Below the pieces are notes generated by a model, which saw nothing but the letters and a program-made list of their open reading frames with translations, ran no database searches and had not been told where the DNA came from. A DNA stretch of 64,000 nucleotides from Pseudomonadota bacterium (GTDB taxonomy: Bacteria > Pseudomonadota > Alphaproteobacteria > Sphingomonadales > Sphingomonadaceae), in the NCBI GenBank assembly GCA_038748365.1, contig JBCDIZ010000005.1:36092-100091 (forward strand). The letters are read 5' to 3'. This document shows, piece after piece, positions 57,128-64,000 of this stretch; the first letter of the stretch is position 1, and each line of letters begins with the position of its first letter. The position numbers and the translations under genes were made by a program.

Positions 57128-59092
57128 CTAGGCCGAAAAAGAATCGCCAGCTGCCATAGACGGTCCGGCAACACCTTTGGTGGTGCCCAGTTTGGCCAGT
57201 TGTAAAGCGTGACTTTGTGGTACGGGACGGCTGTAGAAAAAGCCCTGGCCCTGAGTACAGCCTGCGATACGCACTGACTGCTCATGGTGCATATTCTCGA
57301 TACCCTCGGCAACGATCGTCATATCGAGTGTGCTCGCCAGCTCAGCAACCGCGCGGATAATCGCATTGGATTTTGAGCCAGCATTGGGACCACTGACAAA
57401 AGACCGGTCGACCTTGATCTTGCTGAAATTATAGCTGTGCAGATAGGATAGTGAGGAATAGCCGGTGCCGAAATCGTCGAGGGCAATGCGAATATCTTCG
57501 CGCTGTAGCATGGCCATGAAATCCGTAATTGCCGCATCTTCGTCGATAAACACGGTTTCAGTGATCTCCAGCTCCAGCCTGTGTGGCTCAATACCCGCAT
57601 CGCGAATAGCGCGCAAAATTCCCAGCGCAGATCCCGGCGCTCTCATCTGCACCGGGCTGATATTGACGCAGATGGAGATGTGCGAAGGCCATTGACTGGC
57701 CGCTTCACAAGCACGCGTCGTGATCCAGTTACCCAGGGTGATGATCAGACCGGTATCCTCTGCCACCGGAATAAACTCGGCTGGTTCCAGTTCGCCTTTT
57801 TCTGGATGGAACCAACGCACCAGTGCCTCAAAGGCCGTGATATGCCCCGTATCAAGATCAACAATAGGCTGGAAATAGAGGTTCAGTTCATCATTCTGGA
57901 TTGCAGCGCGCAACTCGCTTTCAATCTCGCGGCGATGCACCAGATCGCGGTTCATTGACTTGGCGAAGAAGCTATACTGGTTTCGGCCATTTACCTTGCT
58001 GTGATATAAAGCCAGATCAGCGCATTGCATCACGCTGTCCAGATCATTGCCATTATCGGGCATTTGGGCGATGCCAATGGACACGCCGATTTCCAGGTGG
58101 TTGCCATCGAGGCGAACAGGCTTGGTCAACTCGCTCAATAGGGTTTCTGCCATCGCCTGGAGCGCGCCAAAATCCTTATTACGCGTAACCACGACAAATT
58201 CATCGCCGCCAAAGCGAGCGACAATGTCGTCAGGGCAGATACGCCGCAGGCGTTTAGCGGTTTCTGCCAAAAGCCTGTCACCAATAGGATGGCCAAGCGT
58301 ATCATTCACTTCCTTGAAGCGGTCCAGATCGAGCCAGAATACGGCCATTTTGTTGTCTGCTTCGGTCTGCGCCACCATTTTGACCAGCTTGCCATTAAGG
58401 CCGGCACGGTTGAGCAACCCAGTGACAATATCGGTGCGCGCATAGCTACGCATTTTCTCTGCCAGTTCGGCATTTTGCTCCGCAGCGTCAAAGGAATCGC
58501 GGACAATGGCATAGGTGTTGACGGTGATGCTGATCAGCGCGGCTATGAACAGGACCATGGTTATCGCGAGAATCTGATAGGCGGGTACCTCGCTTATCCA
58601 GAGTGTGAAAGCCAGCGGCAAAGTTGCAAAAAAGATCTGGCCTATAGCGATAATCGGCCTTGCTGCGTTGCTCCCCGAGATACCCGCAGCATAACCAATG
58701 GCGTGTGCAGCGGCGAGCACATGGAGCGTAGGGTCATTGGAAAAGCTGATGGTGAATGCAGCCACCATTCCCAAAGAAAGAGCATAGACCCAGGCACCGG
58801 CTTCATAGAGCGTTTCAAGGCTTTCAGTATCGCTGCGACTGTTACGGTCCTCAAAAAGATAAGCGACTATTATCCGGAAAACGGACACCATAATCACCGC
58901 ACAAGCAGCAATATGGATGGCTATGTTCTCGGCCCTCCAGGCGATAAAGACCGTTGCCACAACGCCGCATAAAACCCCCAATGTCAGTGATATGGGGGAG
59001 GCGTAAAGTGTGGATACAAGCGCGTGCTTGACCCGCTGATTAAGCGGATCAGAGCCAAATAGTCCTTCCAGTCGTGATAGCTGAAACCTGAT
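57128..59092 (-). CDS. Membrane-bound GGDEF-EAL protein
   Basis: TM helices, intact GGDEF, FEALVR and DDFGTGYSS. The frame is open upstream of the TTG at 58981; the proposed start is ATC 59092 after a GGGGAG SD. Confidence 0.85.
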   Translation of the reverse strand: MRFQLSRLEGLFGSDPLNQRVKHALVSTLYASPISLTLGVLCGVVATVFIAWRAENIAIHIAACAVIMVSVFRIIVAYLFEDRNSRSDTESLETLYEAGAWVYALSLGMVAAFTISFSNDPTLHVLAAAHAIGYAAGISGSNAARPIIAIGQIFFATLPLAFTLWISEVPAYQILAITMVLFIAALISITVNTYAIVRDSFDAAEQNAELAEKMRSYARTDIVTGLLNRAGLNGKLVKMVAQTEADNKMAVFWLDLDRFKEVNDTLGHPIGDRLLAETAKRLRRICPDDIVARFGGDEFVVVTRNKDFGALQAMAETLLSELTKPVRLDGNHLEIGVSIGIAQMPDNGNDLDSVMQCADLALYHSKVNGRNQYSFFAKSMNRDLVHRREIESELRAAIQNDELNLYFQPIVDLDTGHITAFEALVRWFHPEKGELEPAEFIPVAEDTGLIITLGNWITTRACEAASQWPSHISICVNISPVQMRAPGSALGILRAIRDAGIEPHRLELEITETVFIDEDAAITDFMAMLQREDIRIALDDFGTGYSSLSYLHSYNFSKIKVDRSFVSGPNAGSKSNAIIRAVAELASTLDMTIVAEGIENMHHEQSVRIAGCTQGQGFFYSRPVPQSHALQLAKLGTTKGVAGPSMAAGDSFSA

Positions 59093-59298
59093 GGTGCGCT
59101 CCCCGAATTGCCCGAAACACCATCAAAGACAAAATGAGCAGTTTCTGAGGTGGTCGAAGCTTAGGGCAGACTATGATTTTACAATAAAAATTTCCTTAAT
59201 CCCGAAAGCGGTTTCAGGTCGCTTTCCGGCAGCGGATTGGTTGATGAATCCTGGCTAATATACGGCCATCGCGGTGCCGGTTATCGCGATATGAAGCT

Positions 59299-60534
59299 TT
59301 ACTTCTTCCCCGGCTGGGCAATCCATTTGCCGCTGTCGCGATATTCCGGGCGGATGCTGCCTGCTCCGGGCAGGTTCTGAGCGCGATAATTGGCATCGCC
59401 GCCCTTGGCCGCAGCTTCTGTGGAATATGCCGGGGCAGCCTGTATCGGCGCTATATTGCTTGCTTCTGCCTTTGCCCCATAGCTCTGGCCTTTTGCCGCT
59501 ATTTCGGCTGCCGCTTTGTTGCTTTCTTCAAGTGCAGCCTCATAGGCGCGAGCCAGCGCCAATGGATCGGTAACATCTGTTTTTGCCGCAACTGCGCGCT
59601 TTGGCTTAGGACCTGGTGTCGGTTCGTTGCCGCTATAGATAGTGGAAAAAGCATCCGCAAAACCTGCGCGGCCTTTCCAGCTATAGAAACGATGCGCACC
59701 GATAGTACCGAGGAAATTGAGGCTGGAGGCCCAATAGGGATTGACCTCTGTGGTGTGATAATGGGTGGCAAGACCTGCTGGCGCAAAAACTGCACCGTCG
59801 AGCATGTCCCCGGCAACCCGGCGCGCTCGGGTCCAGTGATAGCGGTCAGGGCGGCGGGCCATGGAGCCATCGCAGCTAAAGGTGAACTGGCAGCCGGTGT
59901 TACGCTCAGAGCCTTGATAGACCACGCCGCAGACACTCGCGGGATAGCTGGGGTGACGTACACGGTTCAATATCACCTGTGCGACTGCGCGTTGCCCGGC
60001 ATCAGGCTCCAGCGCCGCTTCATAATAGATGGCTGTGGTGAGGCATTGTAGCGCGCGATAGCGATCGCGCGATGTGCCGCTTAAGGCAAAGGCCTTGGCC
60101 GCAGATATGATGCCCAGACTGCCAGTGACTGGGGCTGCACCGGGGGCAAAATCAGCGCCTGCCATGGCTCCCGCATTGGCCGTATTCCACTCGCCATCCT
60201 TGGCAAGATAGTAAAAGGCGGAGCCGGGGAAATTGTCCGCCGCGCGCTCTGACCAGAGATTACGAGCATTGTCATAAGCGGGCACAGGGCCGCTGACATT
60301 TTCGCTCTGTGCGGTGCCGATCTGGGTGAGGGAAAGCGCCGACAGGACAAATAGCGCGAGCGACAACAGCTTCTCACGTAATGTCAGCCGCAGCCCGCCA
60401 AAAGGACGCACAGCTTTGGATCGCGCTGATTTTGCGCGACTCGCAGCCTGCCTTTTTGGTGGCTGACTATTGCCGTAATGCCCCATAGAACCTGTATTTT
60501 CATCCTCACGCACCGCAACCTGGTGCACTCTCAT
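59299..60534 (-). CDS. SleB-like cell wall hydrolase
   Basis: CLTTAIYYEA, VAQVILNRV, CQFTF, ATHYH, GAHRFY. Start uncertain. Confidence 0.85.
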   Translation of the reverse strand: MRVHQVAVREDENTGSMGHYGNSQPPKRQAASRAKSARSKAVRPFGGLRLTLREKLLSLALFVLSALSLTQIGTAQSENVSGPVPAYDNARNLWSERAADNFPGSAFYYLAKDGEWNTANAGAMAGADFAPGAAPVTGSLGIISAAKAFALSGTSRDRYRALQCLTTAIYYEAALEPDAGQRAVAQVILNRVRHPSYPASVCGVVYQGSERNTGCQFTFSCDGSMARRPDRYHWTRARRVAGDMLDGAVFAPAGLATHYHTTEVNPYWASSLNFLGTIGAHRFYSWKGRAGFADAFSTIYSGNEPTPGPKPKRAVAAKTDVTDPLALARAYEAALEESNKAAAEIAAKGQSYGAKAEASNIAPIQAAPAYSTEAAAKGGDANYRAQNLPGAGSIRPEYRDSGKWIAQPGKK

Positions 60535-60650
60535 AGAGGCTATAGCACATTACTCCATTATGGAGATATGTTGCATAGCACAATTTACCTTTGCGTCCCG
60601 GTGCGGGACACAGGCACGTAATGAGCTTAACGGATTACAGGTGTGAAAAA

Positions 60651-61958
60651 TTAGTGGTTTCTAAGAGCCGTCTGCTCATGACTGTTGACCAGACGCATCG
60701 CCAGCACATAGCCCATCATGCCGAAGATGATGCCGCCGATAGCGGGCGCAGCGATCACGCCTGCAGCTCCGGCCAGCCAGTCACCGATGACGAGAAATGG
60801 CAAGATACCCAATGTATTGCGGCCCCAGTTGAGCCACGTAGACCAGCGTGGCCGCTCCAGATTATTGAAGGCAGCGTTGGAAATATAGAGGATACCGTTG
60901 AACAGGAACAATGGCGCGACAATGCCACCAAAGACCTGAAGCAGAATCAGCCCCTCTGAATCCAGATCAAACAGCGTCGCGGTCAGGGGCGATGCAAAAT
61001 ACAGCACCGGCCAGATCAACAATGTATAACCGGTAGCGAAGATCACGGCGCTGCGGATTGCCTCCCGCACCCGGGCATAGTTACGCGCGCCATAATTCTG
61101 TCCGACAATTGGTCCGATTGCGCCGGATAGTGAGAAAAGCAGACAGAAAGCCACCGGTACGATCCGACCGATAACGGCATAGCTGGCAATCACTGTTTCA
61201 TTATATTCAGCGAGAAAACGGAAGGTGAGAAAACCGCCCACCGGTGTCGCCAAATTGGTGAGAACTGCAGGCCCCATAATCTCGCGTATCGGCGCCAGAT
61301 CGGCCATGAAATGCTCTTTGTTGAAAGGAGCGAACCCACCATAAAGCCGCAATACCGGCCAGAAGCCGGAAATCGCCATGGCAAAAGTTGCCAAAACCGT
61401 CGCATAGGCAGCACCGGCAAAGCCAAAATCCAGACCGAACATCAGCAGCGGATCGAAGATCGCATTGGTTGCCGCCATGGCCAGGGTGACGTTCATGGCT
61501 CGGCGCGCATCACCATGGGCGCGCAAAAAGCCGGAGCAGATCATGCCCGTGACGGTGACGGGACTGAACGGCGCGACGATGCGGATATATTGTATTGCCG
61601 CTTCGCGCGCGGTTCCTGTTGCGCCGATAAGATCCATAAAGCCCGGTGCGAACACCCAGAAAATCAATGCCAATGGCAGAGACAGGGCGACACCCAGCAG
61701 CATAACATGGGTAAAAAGTACATTGGCCTTCTCACCGCGGCCCATGCCAATGCTCTTGGCGGCGAGCGCCGAGATGGTGATCATCAATCCTATATTGAGC
61801 GCCGAATTAAAGAACAGCAGGGTTGCAGCAAATCCCATTGCCGCGGTTAGCGCCGGATCGCCAAGCTGGGCGATAAAAAACAGGTCGAGAAAATCGACCA
61901 GAAACATCGCCAGCAAACCGAAAGACGAGGTCAGCGTCATCACGGCGACATGGTTCAT
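60651..61958 (-). CDS. MATE family efflux transporter
   Basis: About 12 TM helices, D..FIAQLG, LRAHGD, NAIFDPLL..G..GAAYAT. The N-terminus probably extends upstream. Confidence 0.88.
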   Translation of the reverse strand: MNHVAVMTLTSSFGLLAMFLVDFLDLFFIAQLGDPALTAAMGFAATLLFFNSALNIGLMITISALAAKSIGMGRGEKANVLFTHVMLLGVALSLPLALIFWVFAPGFMDLIGATGTAREAAIQYIRIVAPFSPVTVTGMICSGFLRAHGDARRAMNVTLAMAATNAIFDPLLMFGLDFGFAGAAYATVLATFAMAISGFWPVLRLYGGFAPFNKEHFMADLAPIREIMGPAVLTNLATPVGGFLTFRFLAEYNETVIASYAVIGRIVPVAFCLLFSLSGAIGPIVGQNYGARNYARVREAIRSAVIFATGYTLLIWPVLYFASPLTATLFDLDSEGLILLQVFGGIVAPLFLFNGILYISNAAFNNLERPRWSTWLNWGRNTLGILPFLVIGDWLAGAAGVIAAPAIGGIIFGMMGYVLAMRLVNSHEQTALRNH

Positions 61959-62246
61959 CAGTCCGCCCGTAAGGAATTTCCCGGGCTGTGCGCTCAGCGA
62001 TCCGCGTGGCGCGCTTTCCCCTGCACGTGTCGGCGGGGCGCTTTCGCCAGATATGGTCTGGCCGTTCTGGGTAGCGCGTTTGAAAATCGGGGTTCTCGCA
62101 ACTCTGGGGCGGAATAGCTTTTCGAAGATATAGGGCTGAGGTCAACAAAGGCAAAGAAGCATTTCTTTTCGAAGGGCATATTGCCGTAGCTGCCGAGTGC
62201 TTAGACACTGACATTGCGCATATGGGGAAGGCTTATGCAGTGAACG

Positions 62247-62663
62247 TTACTCGGCTGGTTCCGCCTCAGGCTGCGCACAACGGCTGCGGTCCCCAGCTTC
62301 ACAGGCGGCAACATCTTCCTGCCATTGCTTCACTGCGGCAGCATGTTCCGCCCGTGCCTTTTCATAGGCTTTCACTGCCGCATCATATTCCGCCAGCGAC
62401 CCTGCGCGATCAATCAGCTCTTCACTCTGCTCAGCGATTTCTTCCTGATATTCGGCTTCGGCTTCAGCATTCTGCTTAAGCTGCTCGCGCGCCATTTCCG
62501 CTTGCTGGGTATTGGCCTCAATACGCGCTTTTTCCTCTGCGCTCAGTTCCTGTTCGGCGGTATCTGTGGCCTTTTCCTGCGCTGTTGCCGGGTTGTTAAA
62601 GGCTATCGTGATGGCCATTGCCGAGATGGCTGCAATATATCGAATCGTCATCATGTACCCCAT
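62247..62663 (-). CDS. Hypothetical secreted coiled-coil protein
   Basis: Signal peptide (PATA-QE), Ala/Glu-rich helix, C-terminal W..DVAACEAGDRSRC. Confidence 0.7.
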   Translation of the reverse strand: MGYMMTIRYIAAISAMAITIAFNNPATAQEKATDTAEQELSAEEKARIEANTQQAEMAREQLKQNAEAEAEYQEEIAEQSEELIDRAGSLAEYDAAVKAYEKARAEHAAAVKQWQEDVAACEAGDRSRCAQPEAEPAE

Positions 62664-62805
62664 ATCGTTACGCGAGTGATGCTAGCCCGGTTTTCCGCCA
62701 AACCCAATATTGCTGAAATCTTTATGCAATTCTGTCATAGAAGTGACGCCAATCTGTAAATCCAGACGTAATCTCTGACATGATAGGCACGGGCAAAAGG
62801 GTAGT

Positions 62806-63735
62806 ATGATGAAAAAAGTTTTTGGGCTTTTGCTGCCCATATTGCTCGGCTTTAGCGCTGCCTCTGCCAAAGACAGGGCGCCGCGCGAAATTACACTGAG
62901 CGGTGACTATACTGTTTCCGGAAATGTCGTGCAGGATGAGGGTCAGCTTTTCCCGATGCAACTGGAGGTTGATGGTGCAACGCCAAGCCGTCCGGTACTC
63001 AACCAGGATTTTGCCGAACGTGCAGATGTTGAAATCAGCCCTATCCGCGGTGTTGTTCTTGTTGGACCCGTCAAGCTTCAGGCAAATACGAAGATTCTGA
63101 AATATCGCATCGCAGGATCAGAAAAGAGGCGTCGTGCATTATGGGCTGATCGCATTTATGCGCCGGATTCTGACGGTGGCATTGGGCCACTTGGCTTACC
63201 TCAGGAAATTATCCATCTGCAGTGGCGCGAGGAGAAGCCAGGCGAACAGCTTTGCACGATGCAGTTGGAGACCAAGAGAGAAGCAGTTGCCGAGCTTCGA
63301 ATTGACGGTAAGGCAATCAATGTGACCTTCACGCATAAACGCGGGCAGACGCTGTCATCTGCCGCAGCCGGGGCCGTCATTGCTGAACAATATGATGGCG
63401 AATTCACTGGGGAAAGAACGGAGGTGGAAATCGCCTTTGGCATTGAACGGCCAATACGCAAGATTGCCCTGCGTCAGCCGCTCAGTTTCTGTGATGTTAC
63501 GCTTGATAGTTTCTATGTCCGCACTTCTGATTTCGGCGATGCATCGGATATTGTCGACGGAGATTTGCGTCGCGCCAATGCGGATAGCAGTGAAATTATT
63601 GTGATTGGCAAACAGGGTACAAAGGACAAGAACCGCTATTTCCTGACCGTCGGCCAGGATGATTTACAGCATTGCTCATCGGTGACCTATGACCAACGCC
63701 GCAAGGAGATACGCCTGTCATGTCTGGCGGAGTGA
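62806..63735 (+). CDS. Hypothetical secreted protein
   Basis: Signal peptide (SAASA-KD), long open frame, beta-rich. Confidence 0.7.
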   Translation: MMKKVFGLLLPILLGFSAASAKDRAPREITLSGDYTVSGNVVQDEGQLFPMQLEVDGATPSRPVLNQDFAERADVEISPIRGVVLVGPVKLQANTKILKYRIAGSEKRRRALWADRIYAPDSDGGIGPLGLPQEIIHLQWREEKPGEQLCTMQLETKREAVAELRIDGKAINVTFTHKRGQTLSSAAAGAVIAEQYDGEFTGERTEVEIAFGIERPIRKIALRQPLSFCDVTLDSFYVRTSDFGDASDIVDGDLRRANADSSEIIVIGKQGTKDKNRYFLTVGQDDLQHCSSVTYDQRRKEIRLSCLAE

Positions 63736-63741
63736 CAGACT

Positions 63742-64000
63742 TTATCCCGCCTCATCCGATGCGCGTTTCACATAGGCTCCATCAAAAACAGTCGTCCATG
63801 TCTTCTCGCCATCGGTCGATTGTTCCCAATGTTGGCGCACTGAACCATCGTCATTGGGGGTCCAGGTGACGCGATTGACCGGTGATCCCGCAACGTAGCC
63901 GGGCCAGTTCTTATTGCTCAGCACCATCTCGCCGGCATCATTGACGCCGCCCTCGATATAGAGCGCATTGCCATCCACGCCCATCCAAGTCTGATGCCAG
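63742..64000 (-). CDS. Partial hypothetical protein (runs off window end)
   Basis: Frame open to the window edge (WHQTWMGVDG...). VRQHWEQSTDG..W...FDG.Y motif. Confidence 0.6.
   Translation of the reverse strand, partial: WHQTWMGVDGNALYIEGGVNDAGEMVLSNKNWPGYVAGSPVNRVTWTPNDDGSVRQHWEQSTDGEKTWTTVFDGAYVKRASDEAG

Overview
Chromosomal segment of a GC-rich alphaproteobacterium, most likely Sphingomonadales (inferred from gene order and content). From left to right: (1) an arsenic-methylation locus (ArsM-type methyltransferase plus an extended SDR reductase, converging on a GT2 glycosyltransferase and a DUF2064/TIGR04282-type gene); (2) a tyrosine catabolic cluster (maiA-TonB receptor-marR, hppD-VOC-FAH, no cupin hmgA) interspersed with four different REP-like palindromes; (3) a Tad/Cpa pilus operon lacking the ATPase and pilin; (4) housekeeping genes (rnhA, thrB, ispH, argS, SPOR, nagZ, scpAB, tatABC); (5) a small-gene region with an unannotated entericidin, a candidate two-hairpin anti-Shine-Dalgarno sRNA and two tandem paralogous small membrane proteins; (6) an amidohydrolase with altered catalytic motifs, a beta-hydroxyacid dehydrogenase and a threonine dehydratase; (7) a probable ~8 kb accessory block (KAP-like NTPase, FG-GAP protein, SDR/MarR, a Cys-tailed flavoprotein coupled to an Acr3-like transporter behind a Zur/Fur-like palindrome, and a methyltransferase); (8) bpt/ate, tamAB, thioesterase, GST, DUF3667, a flavin reductase-crotonase fusion, a GGDEF-EAL protein apparently starting at ATC, a SleB-like hydrolase, a MATE transporter and secreted hypotheticals. 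I saw no rRNA, tRNA, CRISPR array, transposase or integrase. All family calls come from motif recognition by eye; no database searches were run.
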